Shown: in pieces, positions 30,616 through 42,494 of the stretch | Layout of the letters: every line of letters begins with the position of its first letter | How positions within the stretch are numbered: position 1 is the first letter of the stretch | Assembly (NCBI GenBank): GCA_963793305.1 | Contig: CAWBZV010000005.1 | Span: forward strand, 672,001 to 736,000 | DNA: 64,000 bases | Source: an uncultured Gemmatimonadales bacterium | Lineage (GTDB): Bacteria; Gemmatimonadota; Gemmatimonadetes; Gemmatimonadales; Gemmatimonadaceae | Reading direction: 5' to 3' | Translations under genes and position numbers: made by a program | Notes under the pieces: generated by a model | The model's input: the letters and a program-made list of their open reading frames with translations, nothing else | Told to the model about the DNA's origin: nothing | Databases searched by the model: none

Positions 30616-32771
30616 CCGACGCTCCCCTCTGGAGCCCGTCGCCCGAGCGCGTGGCAAGGTCGAACATGGCCGCGTTCGCCGGGCCGGGCTCCGCGTACGA
30701 TGCACTGTATCGGTGGTCGATCGCCGAGCCGGCAGCGTTCTGGGACAAGGTCTGGCGTACGCACGGCATCATCGGCGAGCGCACGTCCCACGTGGTCCAC
30801 GGCCTCGACCGCATGGCGCCGCCCGACCCCGATCTCGGGCCGACCTGGTTCCCCGGCGCGCGGCTCAATTTCGGCGAGAACCTCCTTCGGTACGACGACA
30901 GCCGCCCCGCTTTGATCTCCTGGACCGAGCTCGGTCCACGGTCCACGCTCTCGTTCTCCGATCTCCGCGCCGAGGTGGCCGCCTGCGCCTCTGCGCTCCA
31001 CTCTGCCGGCGTCGTACCAGGCGACCGCGTCGTCGGCTTCTTACCAAATTGTCCCGAGGCCGTTATCGCCATGTTGGCGACCACGAGCCTCGGCGCAATC
31101 TGGTCGAGCTGCTCGCCCGATTTCGGCGTCGCAGGCGTGCTCGATCGCTTCGCTCAGATCACTCCCACGGTCCTGTTCGCCGTCGACAGCTATCGCTACA
31201 ACGGGCGCCTCATCGACCTCCGCGACCGTATCGCCGCCATTCGCTCGAGTCTCACCTCGCTGCGCTCGGTAGTGATTGTCGCATACGCGGCTAAGACTTC
31301 AGCGACTCCCGCGACTCCCGCGACTCCCGCGACTCCCGCGACTCCCGCGACTCCCGCGACTCCCGCGACTCCCGCGACTCCCGCGACTCCCGCGGCACCC
31401 GCGGCACCCGCGGCACCCGCGGCACCCGCGGCACCCGCGGCTCCCGCGGCACCCGCGGCTCCCGCGACTTCTGCGGCCTCTGCGAGTTCTGCGACGCGAG
31501 TGGCTCAAGCCACCCAAGGGACTCGAGTGGCTCAAGTAGCTCGGCTCGCAGGCGAAGTCTCATGGGACGAATTCTTAGCGCAGGCGCGAAGCGCCGCGCG
31601 CACAGTGTTTGAACGCGCAGCGTTCAACACGCCAGTGTACATCCTGTATTCGTCAGGCACGACGGGGTTGCCGAAGTGCATTGTCCATGGTGCCGGAGGA
31701 ACTCTTCTGCAGCACGTGAAGGAGCTGGCGCTCCACACGGATGTCCGAGCCGGCGACCGCGTGTTCTACTACACAACCACCGGCTGGATGATGTGGAACT
31801 GGCTCGTCAGCGCCCTGGCCTTAGGCGCGACGCTAGTCTTGTACGACGGCGCCGCGATGCCAGACGCAAACCCGTCGATCCTCTGGGACCTCGCCGCCCG
31901 CGAGCACGTAGCCGTCTTCGGCACGAGCGCCAAGTACCTGAGCCTGGCCGAGAAACGCGGGATCAAGCCGCGCGATCTCGCCGCGCTGCGTACGATCCTA
32001 TCAACCGGCAGCCCCCTAGCCGATCACAGCTTCGATTACGTGTATCGAGACGTAAAAGACGATGTTTGCCTGAGCAGCATCAGCGGCGGCACCGACATCG
32101 TCTCCTGCTTCGCCCTCGGCAACCCAACGTCGCCGGTCTGGCGAGGCGAGCTCCAATCACTCGGCCTCGGTATGGCCGTCCAGATCTTCGACGACCACGG
32201 CCGCCCCACAGACGATGCCGGCGAGCTCGTCTGCACGATGCCGTTTCCCAGCATGCCGGTCGCATTCTGGAACGACCCCGGTGGCGCCCGCTACCGGGCC
32301 GCCTACTTCGAGCGCTTCAATGGCGTCTGGCGCCACGGCGACTGGGCACGCAAGACCGGACACGGCGGCCTCGTGATCTACGGCCGGAGCGACACAACAC
32401 TCAACCCCGGCGGCGTGCGCATTGGCACAGCCGAGATCTACCGTCAGGTCGAGCAACTACCCGAGATCCTGGAAAGCGTCGTCGTCGGCCAAGAGATCGA
32501 CGGCGATGTCCGCATCGTCCTCTTCGTACGCCTCGCACCGGGCGCAGTGCTGGACGACGCTCTCCGCGATCGCATCAAGCGATCGATCCGGCAAAATGCC
32601 AGTCCGCACCACGTGCCACAGGTGATATGCGCAGTACCAGACATTCCCCGGACCGTAAGCGGAAAAATCGCCGAGATGGCCGTGCGAGACGTGCTCCACG
32701 GGCGGCCTGTCAAGAATGTCGACGCACTCGCCAACCCTGAGTCACTGAAGGACTTTCGATTAGATTCCTGA
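30603..32771 (+). CDS. Acetoacetate--CoA ligase with in-frame repeat insertion (start uncertain)
   Basis: [64 protein letters not shown]. Confidence 0.9.
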   Translation: MGQLTDAPLWSPSPERVARSNMAAFAGPGSAYDALYRWSIAEPAAFWDKVWRTHGIIGERTSHVVHGLDRMAPPDPDLGPTWFPGARLNFGENLLRYDDSRPALISWTELGPRSTLSFSDLRAEVAACASALHSAGVVPGDRVVGFLPNCPEAVIAMLATTSLGAIWSSCSPDFGVAGVLDRFAQITPTVLFAVDSYRYNGRLIDLRDRIAAIRSSLTSLRSVVIVAYAAKTSATPATPATPATPATPATPATPATPATPATPAAPAAPAAPAAPAAPAAPAAPAAPATSAASASSATRVAQATQGTRVAQVARLAGEVSWDEFLAQARSAARTVFERAAFNTPVYILYSSGTTGLPKCIVHGAGGTLLQHVKELALHTDVRAGDRVFYYTTTGWMMWNWLVSALALGATLVLYDGAAMPDANPSILWDLAAREHVAVFGTSAKYLSLAEKRGIKPRDLAALRTILSTGSPLADHSFDYVYRDVKDDVCLSSISGGTDIVSCFALGNPTSPVWRGELQSLGLGMAVQIFDDHGRPTDDAGELVCTMPFPSMPVAFWNDPGGARYRAAYFERFNGVWRHGDWARKTGHGGLVIYGRSDTTLNPGGVRIGTAEIYRQVEQLPEILESVVVGQEIDGDVRIVLFVRLAPGAVLDDALRDRIKRSIRQNASPHHVPQVICAVPDIPRTVSGKIAEMAVRDVLHGRPVKNVDALANPESLKDFRLDS
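31302..31490. repeat. 9-bp minisatellite inside the acetoacetate--CoA ligase gene
   Basis: GCGACTCCC x10 (31302-31391), GCGGCWCCC x8 (31392-31463), then three degenerate units. Confidence 0.97.
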
Positions 32772-32772
32772 C

Positions 32773-33894
32773 ATGGCCACGCAGACGAAACCGACGCCCA
32801 CGCCGACGGATACGTTCCCGATCAACGGAACCGACTATATCGAGTTCTACGTCGGCAACGCCAAGCAATCATCGATCTACTATCGCACCACATTCGGGTT
32901 CCGGCTGACCGCCTATCGCGGCCCGGAAACGGGCACGCGAGATCGCGCGAGCTACGTGCTCGAGCAGAACAAGGTCCGCCTGGTCCTGACCTCGCCACTC
33001 CGCCCCGAGGGGTTCATCGCCGACCACGTCGCGCGCCACGGCGACGGCGTGCGCGACCTGGCGCTGTGGGTCGATGATGCCACGGACGCATACCAGAAGG
33101 CCGTCGAGCGCGGCGCAACGTCGGTCCAGGAACCCACCCGGTCCTCCGACGACCACGGCGAAATCGTCACCGCCGCAATCCAGACCTACGGCGAAACGAT
33201 CCACTCACTCGTCGAGCGGAAGAACTATCGCGGCCAATTCATGCCGGGTTTCGTCCCGGTCGAATCCCGCTACGCTCCGCCGCCAGTCGGCTTCCAGTAC
33301 GTCGACCATTGCGTCGGCAACGTGGAGCTCGGCGCGATGAACAAGTGGGTCGCTTTCTATGAGAAGGTGCTCGGCTTCTACAATCTGATCTCGTTCGACG
33401 ACAAGGCGATCTCGACCGAGTACTCGGCCTTGATGTCGAAAGTCGTGTCGAACGGCAACGGTCGCATCAAGTTCCCGCTGAACGAGCCAGCCCAAGGTCG
33501 CCGGAAATCCCAGATCGATGAGTATCTCGAGTTCTACAAGGGCCCAGGTGTCCAACACATCGCGATCGCAACAGACGACATCGTTGCCACAGTCCGAGCG
33601 ATGAGAGACCGGGGCGTAGAGTTCTTGCGGGTGCCGACCACGTACTACGACACGGTCCTCGACCGCGTCGGCCATATCGACGAGGACCTCGCACCGCTAC
33701 GCGACCTCGGCATCCTGGTCGACCGCGATGACGAAGGGTACCTACTGCAAATCTTCACGAAGCCAGTAGAAGATCGTCCTACGGTCTTCTATGAGGTCAT
33801 CCAGCGCAAAGGCGCCAAATCATTCGGCGCCGGCAACTTCAAGGCGCTGTTCGAGGCGATCGAGCGCGAGCAAGCCCTGCGAGGGAACCTCTGA
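32773..33894 (+). CDS. hppD: 4-hydroxyphenylpyruvate dioxygenase
   Basis: HGDGV, DHCVGNV, KFPLNEP, SQIDEYL, GVQHIA, LLQIFTKP, FGAGNFKALFEAIEREQ. Confidence 0.96.
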   Translation: MATQTKPTPTPTDTFPINGTDYIEFYVGNAKQSSIYYRTTFGFRLTAYRGPETGTRDRASYVLEQNKVRLVLTSPLRPEGFIADHVARHGDGVRDLALWVDDATDAYQKAVERGATSVQEPTRSSDDHGEIVTAAIQTYGETIHSLVERKNYRGQFMPGFVPVESRYAPPPVGFQYVDHCVGNVELGAMNKWVAFYEKVLGFYNLISFDDKAISTEYSALMSKVVSNGNGRIKFPLNEPAQGRRKSQIDEYLEFYKGPGVQHIAIATDDIVATVRAMRDRGVEFLRVPTTYYDTVLDRVGHIDEDLAPLRDLGILVDRDDEGYLLQIFTKPVEDRPTVFYEVIQRKGAKSFGAGNFKALFEAIEREQALRGNL

Positions 33895-35089
33895 TGCCGA
33901 TCTACCACACGCTCGGCCAGATCCCCCGCAAACGCCACACCGCCTTCCGCAAGCCGAACGGCGGCCTCTACGCCGAGGAGCTCATGGGGCACGAGGGCTT
34001 CGTCGGCACCTCGTCGCTCCTATACCACACGCATCCTCCGACGACCGTCAAGTCCGTGCGCCGCGTACGCGAGATCTCGTACGAACCCGACCCGGACCAG
34101 ACGCTGCGGCACCGCCATTTCCTCACGGGTCGCGTGACAAAAGGTGGCAGCCCCACACTCGATCGGATCCCGCTCCTGTTCAACGCCGACGTTGCGATGC
34201 TCTACGTCGAGCCGGACGAGCAAGACCCGCATTTCTATCGCAACGCCCAAGGCGATGAGCTGGTCTACGTCAGCAAGGGCGCCGGCACGCTGGAGAGCGT
34301 GTACGGCGACCTCCCGTATCACGAAGGCGACTATCTCGTGATTCATCGCGGGATCCTGCATCGCTACAAGCTCGACATGAGCGGCCGGACCGACGAAGCT
34401 CGTCGATCATCGAATCGCGCGGTCATATCCGCTGGCCCAAGCGCTATCGCAACGACGTCGGCCAGCTGATCGAGGGTGCGCCGTATTCCGAGCGAGATAT
34501 CCGACGGCCCGAGACGCTGCGATCGCACGACGAGATGGGCGATTTTCGCCTGCTGGTCAAGCAATACAACGGCATCAACGAGTTGATCCTCGATCACCAC
34601 CCGTTCGATGTCGTCGGCTGGGATGGGTATTTCTATCCCTGGGCCTTCAACATCATGGACTTCGAGCCGATCGTCGGCCGCGTCCATCAACCGCCCCCGG
34701 TCCACCAGACGTTCCAGGGCGATGGCTTTGTGGTCTGCTCGTTCTGTCCACGCCCGTTTGACTTCGATCCGAACGCCGTCCCAGCCCCGTACAATCACAG
34801 CAACGTCGACTCCGACGAGGTGCTGTACTACGCGTCGAGCGAGTTCATGAGCCGGAAGGGCATTGAGTTTGGGAGCGTCACCCATCACCCGGACGGGATT
34901 CCCCACGGCCCACATCCGGGACGTGCCGAGGCGAGCATTGGCGCCAAGTACACGAACGAGCTCGCCGTCATGATGGACTCGTTTCGTCCCCTGAAGGTGG
35001 CAAAGGCCGCGATCCCGATCGAGGATCCGAACTATCACCGTTCCTGGATCGAAGCCCAACACGCCGGATTCAACCCGCCGACAACGTGA
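33894..35089 (+). CDS. hmgA: Homogentisate 1,2-dioxygenase (frame break near 34385-34405)
   Basis: IPRKRH, EELMG.EGF, RNAQGDE; HPFDVVGWDG, HQPPPVHQTF, PYNHSNVDSDE, HPDGIPHGPHPG. Confidence 0.9.
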
Positions 35090-36399
35090 GAGTGGTCGTC
35101 GCGGCCCTCGCCGCGCTGTGCACAACCGCCGGGGCCCAGATGCCCAGGTTGGCCATCGAACGCTATACGCTCCCCAACGGTCTCACGGTCGTCCTTCAGC
35201 CCGACCACTCGGCCCCCGTCGTCGCCGTCCGCATCGAGTACCATGTCGGCTCGGCCGATGAGCGCCCCGGCCGGACGGGCTTCGCCCACTTGTTCGAGCA
35301 CATCATGTTCATGGGCTCCGAGCACGTACCCCTGGGCAAGTTCGACCAGTGGCTCGAAGCGGCCGGCGCCAACAACAACGCCTACACGACCCACGACGTC
35401 ACGAGCTTCTACGAGTGGATGCCGTCGAACGCGCTCCCGCTCGCCCTGTGGCTCGACGCCGACCGCATGGGTTGGCTCCTGCCGACGATGACGCTCGCGC
35501 GCGTCGACGTGCAGCGCGACGTCGTGAAGAACGAGCGACGCCAGCGCATCGACAACGCGCCATACGGTCGCGCCAACGAGACCATTCTGGCCGCGCTCTA
35601 CCCGTCGGCCGATCCGTACTCCTGGTCTGTGATCGGCTCGATGACAGACTTGTCGGCGGCATCACTCGGCGACGTGCAAACATTCTTCAAGACCTATTAC
35701 GCGCCGAACAACGCGACCCTTGTCGTCGTCGGTGACTTCGCGCCGGATTCGGCGAAACATTGGATCGCCGCTGATTTCGGATCGATCCCACGCGGCTCCG
35801 TGGTGCCCACTCGCCCGACCGTCGCGCCGTTCGCGCTTGCGCATGACACGACGCTGACCCTCCAGGACCGCGTCCAACTGCCGCGCGTGTACTACGCATG
35901 GCACGGCGTCAAGGTCTACAGCCCGGACGATGCGGCGCTCGATCTCCTCGCCTATATCTTGGCCGGCGACAACGCGTCGCGCCTCTACACGACGCTGGTG
36001 CACGACCGCCAACTCGCACAGGACGTCGGTGCACAAAACCAAGACTTTCGTCTCGAGGGCCTGTTCACGATCGTCGTCACCCCGAAACCGAATATTTCAA
36101 CCAACGCCGTGGACTCGGTACTGCAAGCCGAGCTGTCGCGAGTCGTCGACAGTGGCGTAACAGATGCCGAGCTGACGCGCGCCAGAAATGTCCAGCGTAC
36201 GGCGATGCTCGACCGACTGGCGGGCGTCACTGAGCGCTCCGATCAGCTGGCCTTCTACGATTATGTCGTTGGCACCCCGGACTACGTCTCGCAGGATCTC
36301 GAACGCTACGAGCACGTCACGCTCGCGGATATCCAGCGCGTCGCTCGCACGTACATTGGCGCTCATAAAGTGATGCTCACCGTGGTCCCGCAAGCATGA
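35086..36399 (+). CDS. M16 (pitrilysin) zinc peptidase, catalytic subunit
   Basis: TGFAHLFEHIMF (HxxEH), VKNERRQ, YYAPNNA; signal peptide. Confidence 0.93.
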   Translation: MRVVVAALAALCTTAGAQMPRLAIERYTLPNGLTVVLQPDHSAPVVAVRIEYHVGSADERPGRTGFAHLFEHIMFMGSEHVPLGKFDQWLEAAGANNNAYTTHDVTSFYEWMPSNALPLALWLDADRMGWLLPTMTLARVDVQRDVVKNERRQRIDNAPYGRANETILAALYPSADPYSWSVIGSMTDLSAASLGDVQTFFKTYYAPNNATLVVVGDFAPDSAKHWIAADFGSIPRGSVVPTRPTVAPFALAHDTTLTLQDRVQLPRVYYAWHGVKVYSPDDAALDLLAYILAGDNASRLYTTLVHDRQLAQDVGAQNQDFRLEGLFTIVVTPKPNISTNAVDSVLQAELSRVVDSGVTDAELTRARNVQRTAMLDRLAGVTERSDQLAFYDYVVGTPDYVSQDLERYEHVTLADIQRVARTYIGAHKVMLTVVPQA

Positions 36400-37835
36400 A
36401 ACGTCTGCCACTCCTGGTGGTATTGGCCGCGGCGACCGCACATGCGCAGGCCACCGCGCCCGCGGGCCGGACCACGCCGCCAACGCTCGGTCCGCCGCCA
36501 AAGATCTCGCTCCCGCCGATTCACGAGCGGAACCTCCCAAACGGGATGCGACTCCTGGTCGTTGAACGCCACGAGATTCCGCTCGTCGACGCCGTTCTGG
36601 TGCTTGGCACGGGCCCGGAAGCCGACCCCACGGGCAAGCCGGGCGTCGCCACACTGGTCGCGAGCATGCTCACGCGCGGCACGCCGACGCGATCCGCCGC
36701 GGACATTGCCGCGCAGACCGCGACCCTCGGGGCGTCGCTGGACGCCGGATCCTCGTGGGATCACACGGTGGTGTCGCTGCACGTTCCGACCGCGACGCTG
36801 GACAGCGCCTGGTCGCTCTTCGCCGACGTCGTGTTGCACTCCGCGTTCCCGGACTCCGAGTTCGTGCGCGTCAAGCGTGAACGCCTCACCGATCTCGTCG
36901 AGCTCTCGGACCGCGCCCCGGAAGTGGCCGACCGCGCGCTCGCGACGATCCTCTTCGGCCCCGACCACCCCTACGGCCGTCCATCGCTCGGTAGCGAACA
37001 GTCGGTCAACGCGATCACGACCAGCGACGTCCGCGGCTTCTACGACGCGACATTCACCGCCGGGAACGCGACGTTGATCGTCGTCGGCGATGTCACCGTC
37101 GACGGGGTCGACGCCAAAGCCAAGGAGTTATTCGGCGGCTGGAAGCGCGGCTCCCCCAACGCGGATCCCGTCCCCTGGCCGTCTCCGCCGGCCCTGGCTC
37201 CGACCACGATCTACGTGATCGACAAGCACGACGCGCCGCAATCGTCGATTCGCATCGGCTCGGTCGCGGTCGCGCGGTCGACGCCCGACTACTTCTCGAT
37301 CGACGTGATGAACACGATCTTGGGCGGCGCGTTCACCAGCCGGCTGAACGAGAACCTGCGCGAAACGCACGCCTATACGTACGGCGCATTCTCGGGGTTC
37401 GGCATGCGGCGCAACCCGGGTCCGTTCCTCGCCGAGGCCGAAGTGGTGGCGACGAAAACGGATTCGTCGCTGTTGCAGTTCATGCACGAGCTCACTGCGA
37501 TTCGCGACACCGTGCCAATGACCGAGTTGCGGAAAGCGAAGCGCTATCTGGAGCTGCAGCTGCCCGGCGAGCTCGAAACGTCGCGCGACATCGCCGGGCA
37601 ACTGGTAAGCGTCGCCGTCTATCATTTGCCGCTCGACTTCTATAACACGTACCAGGCGCACATCGCCGCGGTCACCCGTGCCGATGTCCAGCGCGTCGCG
37701 CGGGCCTATGTCGACCCCACGCACGTGGTCGTCGTCGTCGTCGGCGACCGCGCCGCGATCGAGGCGTCGCTTCGTGCGACGCACGTCGGCCCCGTGCAGG
37801 ATCGGAATCTCGACGGACTCCCCACTACCCAGTGA
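36396..37835 (+). CDS. M16 peptidase, non-catalytic partner subunit
   Basis: LPNGM, no HxxEH, LGGAFTSRLNENLRE..YTYGA. Confidence 0.9.
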   Translation: MKRLPLLVVLAAATAHAQATAPAGRTTPPTLGPPPKISLPPIHERNLPNGMRLLVVERHEIPLVDAVLVLGTGPEADPTGKPGVATLVASMLTRGTPTRSAADIAAQTATLGASLDAGSSWDHTVVSLHVPTATLDSAWSLFADVVLHSAFPDSEFVRVKRERLTDLVELSDRAPEVADRALATILFGPDHPYGRPSLGSEQSVNAITTSDVRGFYDATFTAGNATLIVVGDVTVDGVDAKAKELFGGWKRGSPNADPVPWPSPPALAPTTIYVIDKHDAPQSSIRIGSVAVARSTPDYFSIDVMNTILGGAFTSRLNENLRETHAYTYGAFSGFGMRRNPGPFLAEAEVVATKTDSSLLQFMHELTAIRDTVPMTELRKAKRYLELQLPGELETSRDIAGQLVSVAVYHLPLDFYNTYQAHIAAVTRADVQRVARAYVDPTHVVVVVVGDRAAIEASLRATHVGPVQDRNLDGLPTTQ

Positions 37836-37836
37836 T

Positions 37837-39901
37837 ATGCGCGCTCTGCGACTGCTGGCTCTCGGCACTTCGGCGCTCCTGTCCCTCGCCCTGACGAGCG
37901 ATCAGCATCCGATAACGTTCGACGAGTTCGCCGCGGTCGGCGCGGTCTCCGAGCCGCAGATCTCGCCCGATGGCCACACGGTGCTGTACACAGTCACCAC
38001 GGCTGACCTCTCGACGAATAAGCGCGCCTCCGTCACCTGGCACGTCGCCTCATCCGGTGGCTCCGCGCGCCGATTTCCTGACGATACGACAAAGGCAACC
38101 GAGGCGCGCTGGTCACCCGATGGCCGACGCGTGGCGTATATCGCGGGTGGCCAACTCTGGATCGCCAGCGCCGAAGGCGCCGCGCGCAATCAAGTCACCA
38201 GGTTGACGGGCGAAGCCACGGGTCCGAAGTGGTCGCCAGACGGCGCCAAGATCGCGTTCACCTCGCGTGTCTATCCGACGTGCATGGATGACGCATGCAA
38301 CGCCAAGACGGCGAAAGCAAGCGATGCCAACCCGGTCAAAGCGCACATCGCCGATCACTTGCTCTATCGCCATTGGAACGCCTGGGACGACGGCACGCGA
38401 GCCCATCTCTTCGTCATATCCCCGGACGGTGGCACGCCGACGGATCTCACGCCGGGCGCTCCATATGATGTCCCGCCTGGCCCGTTTGGCGGAAGCGAAG
38501 GCTACGCCTTCTCACCCGATGGCAAAGAGCTCGCGTTCAGCGCCAAAGACCAGGGCGCATCGGATGCCTGGTCAACCAACGTCGACGTGTACACGGTCCC
38601 GGTGACGGGCGGCCAGATCACCGACATCACGCGCGACAACCACGGCGCCGACGACAACCCGGTGTACTCGCCGGATGGTCGCTCCATCGCCTATCAATCA
38701 CAGGCCCGCGCGGGATTCGAGTCCGACCGCTGGCGCCTCATGCTCTACAACCGCCAGACCAATCACGCCGCCGAACTGCTCCCGTCGTGGGATCGCAACG
38801 CCGACGCCTACGAGTTCACGCCGGACAGCGCGTTAGTGATCGGCACGGTCGACAAGAGCCGAACCAAGATCTATCGCGTCCCCGTGACTGGCGGTACGCC
38901 GACGCTGCTCGTGGCGGATCACAACAACGCCGCATTCACGTTGTCGTCAGACGGCCACACGATGGCTTGGGTGCGCGACGCCGCCGATCATCCGGCCGAG
39001 GTCTATGTCGGGTCGTTGGGACCCCGCGGCATGGCGCAAGTCAAGCAGGTCTCGCACGTGAATGATGCGCTGGTCGCTCGCCTCAAGGTCTACCCGTTGG
39101 AAGAGTTCTGGTACGCCGGTGCCGGCGGCGACAGCGTGCAGGGCTTCGTCTTGAAGCCGCCGCAGTGGGACCAGGCAAGGACCTTTCCGGGTGTGGTGCT
39201 GATTCACGGTGGCCCGCAAGGCGAGTGGCTCGACAACTGGCATTCCCGTTGGAACTACCGAGATGTTCGCCGCGCCGGGTTTTGGCGTGATCATCGTCAA
39301 TCCGCGCGGTTCCGCGGGCTACGGCCAGAAGTTCGTCGACGAGGTGTCGAAGGACTGGGGTGGCAAGGCGTACACCGACATCATGGACGGCGTCGACGCC
39401 GCGCTCACCCACGCCCCCTGGATCGACCGCACCCGACTCGGCGCCGCCGGCGGCTCATACGGCGGCTACATGGTGAACTGGATTGCCGGGCACACCGACA
39501 AGTTCAAGGCGCTCGTCTCTCATGCGGGCCCGTACAACCTCGAGAACATGTACGGCGCCACGGAGGAAGTCTGGTTCCCCGAGTGGGAATACGGCGGGCC
39601 GTTCTGGGATTCGACGGCGATGGCCACGCAGTATCGCACGTATTCGCCGCACCTGTACGCGAAGAACTTCAAGACGCCGACGCTCGTGCTCCACGGGGAG
39701 CGCGACTATCGCGTGCCGTATACCGAAGGGCTCTCGATGTTCACGGCGCTGCAACGCCAGGGCGTTCCCAGCCGTCTCGTGGTCTTCCCCGACGAGGGGC
39801 ACTGGATCGGCAAGCCGCAGAACCAGCGGCTCTGGTGGTCGGAGGTGCAGGGCTGGTTGACCAAGTACTTGTCACCCCCGACCACGAAAGCGAGTCGCTA
39901 G
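37837..39901 (+). CDS. S9 family peptidase (dipeptidyl-/acylaminoacyl-peptidase-like; apparent +1 frameshift at 39258-39259)
   Basis: PD40-like SPDG repeats, IHGGPQ; NPRGS.GYG, GGSYGG, HGERDYRVP, FPDEGHW. Confidence 0.92.
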
Positions 39902-41280
39902 ACGATCGCCAGTTGCCGGAGCGCGCCCGGCGTCGTTGCCGCGACCTCTTTGAACGTATCGTCGAGGCGGCTCACAACCTCTTCGAGCAGCGGCTGCGGG
40001 ATATTGAGCGCCGGCTCGAGGCGAATAGTCTGTGCCTTCGAGTACGTACCAGCGACGAGTACGCCGCGCTTGAATAATCCCGATGCAACCTTCCACCCGA
40101 TCTCTTGGGTCGGAAACTCCATCCCGATAAGCAATCCCTTGCCGGTCGCCTCTTTCAGCACACCGGGATACTTCGCGCGAAGGATGTGGAGTTGTCGCAG
40201 CACATAGTCGCCCTTCGCGGCAGCTTGACCCGGTAGGTCCTCGTCGAGCGTGACGGTGATCGCGGCAATGCCCGCGGCGCACGCGATGGGATTGCCACCG
40301 AACGTCGTCGAGTGGATGATCGGATTCGGGATCATGACTTCCCAAATCTTCGCCGTCGACACGAACGCCGAGAGCGGCATGACGCCGCCGCCGAGGGCCT
40401 TGCCGAGGCACATGATGTCGGGCACGACGCCCCAGTGGTCGAGACCCCAGAGCTTGCCCGTTCGCCCCATGCCGGTCTGCACTTCGTCGGCGATGAATAG
40501 CGCGCCGTACCGGTCGCAGATCTCGCGCACTCTCGGGAAGTAATCGTCGGGCGGCACGACGCCGCCGGCCTCGCCCTGCACGGGCTCCAAGACGACACCG
40601 GCTACGCCCACCCCGATCGCGTCCAGCCGCTCGAACTCAGTCGCCAGCGCATCCGCGTCGCCATACGGGACGAATCGCACATCCTGCATGCCGCTCTGAA
40701 ACGGTGCGCGGAACGATGCTTTTCCCATGAGCGACAGCGATCCGAGCGATTTGCCGTGAAATCCCGACAGTGCGGCGATAAACGTAGACCGCTTCGTGTA
40801 TAAGCGGGTCAGCTTGAGTGCACCTTCGATGGCGTCGGTGCCGTTGTTGATGAAGAATGAATTCTGCAGGTCACCCGGCGTGATTTCCGCGACCAACCGG
40901 GCCAAGGCTCCGCGCCACGGCTCCAACAGCTCCTGGCTGTTGAGCGCCATCCTGGGGAGCTGGGTGCTGACGGCCGCGACGATGCGCGGGTGGTTGATGC
41001 CGGCGGAGAAGATGCCGTAGCCGCCGAGGCAGTCGATGTATTCTCGACCGAGTATGTCTTTCAGGATCGAGCCCTGGCCCGACCACTCGAGGGCGGCATA
41101 CTGGCCGGCCTCGGTTACCGACTTGCGATAGCTGATGAAGCCGCGGTTGTAGTACTCCGCGTAGTTCTGCACGGTCTCGGTGATGAGCGCGTGCGACTCG
41201 TCCAGCGTCAGGTTGGTGGCCGACAGCAGGTTGAGGTAGTGCTCAGCGTGCTGTAGCACCTCGGTGTTCGGCAAACGCAA
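39898..41280 (-). CDS. patA: Putrescine aminotransferase (PatA/YgjG-like)
   Basis: GFISYRKSVTE, DCLGGYG, SQELLEP, EPVQGEAG, DEVQTGMGRTG, HSTTFGGNP, GVLVAGT. Confidence 0.85.
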   Translation of the reverse strand: MRLPNTEVLQHAEHYLNLLSATNLTLDESHALITETVQNYAEYYNRGFISYRKSVTEAGQYAALEWSGQGSILKDILGREYIDCLGGYGIFSAGINHPRIVAAVSTQLPRMALNSQELLEPWRGALARLVAEITPGDLQNSFFINNGTDAIEGALKLTRLYTKRSTFIAALSGFHGKSLGSLSLMGKASFRAPFQSGMQDVRFVPYGDADALATEFERLDAIGVGVAGVVLEPVQGEAGGVVPPDDYFPRVREICDRYGALFIADEVQTGMGRTGKLWGLDHWGVVPDIMCLGKALGGGVMPLSAFVSTAKIWEVMIPNPIIHSTTFGGNPIACAAGIAAITVTLDEDLPGQAAAKGDYVLRQLHILRAKYPGVLKEATGKGLLIGMEFPTQEIGWKVASGLFKRGVLVAGTYSKAQTIRLEPALNIPQPLLEEVVSRLDDTFKEVAATTPGALRQLAIV

Positions 41281-41377
41281 TTAATCGGCGCTCCTGGTAA
41301 AGGTATGCTAGTAAGGTCGGCATACGCCCGATCGGAGCGCAAGTACAAGTGCTTCGCAGGGCACCCTGACACGACGG

Positions 41378-41396
41378 CGACGAGCCGCGGAGCGGC
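41378..41396. repeat. Intergenic copy of the REP-like 19-mer CGACGAGCCGCGGAGCGGC
   Basis: Identical to 7961-7979; lies between the potD-like stop and the patA start. Confidence 0.55.
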
Positions 41397-41413
41397 GAGG
41401 AGGTTAGTTGCAG

Positions 41414-42494
41414 TTACGCCGATTTGATCTCCGTCCAGATCTGGTCCCAGACTGCCGTATCGCGGCCGAGATCAACTTGCAACTCCAGTCGCCGCAACTC
41501 GTCGGCCGTCGGATACGGCACCGGATGCTGCATCAGCTTGAGCGCCGCCGCGTTAGGCGTACCGTAGCCCGTAAAGTCAGAGATCGTGGCCTGCACGTCG
41601 GGCCGCAGGATGTAATTCATGAACTCATGCGCCGCCCGTTTATGAGGGGCCGATCGCGGGATCACGAGCGAATCCTCCCAAATGGTGCAGCCTTCTTTCG
41701 GCACGACATACCCGATATTCGGCTGCTCGACTTTCGCCTGCGTGGCATCGCCGTTCCACAACTGCGCGATCCACACGTCCCCGGAGATGAGCTGCCCTTT
41801 GACGGGCGCCGAGATATATGCCTTGAGGTTCTTCTTGGCCGCGATCGCATCGAGCTTCGCATGAGCGAGCTCGTCCGAATCTTCCGAATTGAGGCTGTGT
41901 CCGCGATAGCGAAGCCACGAGCCGATGACATTCCCGCCCGTCGTCCATCTGCGTCATCTTGCCGCGATACCGCGCGTCCTGCAGCACGGCCCAACTATCG
42001 GGCGCGTCGACTTTGTCCGACCGGAACGCGATTCCGGTCACACCCCACTGCCACGGCACGGTGTGCGCGTTGCCGGGATCGAACGGCGGGTTCAAGAACA
42101 GGGGCGCAATGTTGCCCCAGTTCGTCAGATACTGCCGATGAATCGGCGATGCAATCCCCACCGCTTTGAGCACCGACACCGCATAGCTCGACGGAAACAC
42201 GAGGTCATACCCCGTCGCGCCGGTGAGCAACTTGGCGAGCATTTCTTCGTTGCTCTCATAGACGTCATACGTGACCTTCACCCCGAACTCCTTCTCGAAG
42301 TTCGAGATGGTGTCGGGCGCCACGTAATCCGACCAGTTGTAAATACTGAGCCGCTTCTCGATCGGCCCCAACGGCTCGGCCGCTTCAGCCGCATCCGCCG
42401 CCGTCCGCTGCTCCGGCGTCAGGGTATCCCGCAACTGCCGGCACGCGGCGAGGAGCGACCCCAGGCCGAGCGCGATCAGCTCACGCCGATTCAC
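41414..42494 (-). CDS. potD: Spermidine/putrescine ABC substrate-binding lipoprotein (apparent +1 frameshift at 41931-41932)
   Basis: RR-containing signal with LAAC; IYNWSDY, YESNEEM, PWQWG; WNGD, PKEG, WTEIKS. Confidence 0.82.

Noticed and set aside
31302..31490. Repeat array as CRISPR
   Set aside because: 9-bp head-to-tail units without spacers, in frame in a gene, no cas genes
33894..35089. hmgA knockout causing pyomelanin production
   Set aside because: The break is explained by two +1 insertions like the others (restoring PTKLVIIES); cannot be claimed without read support
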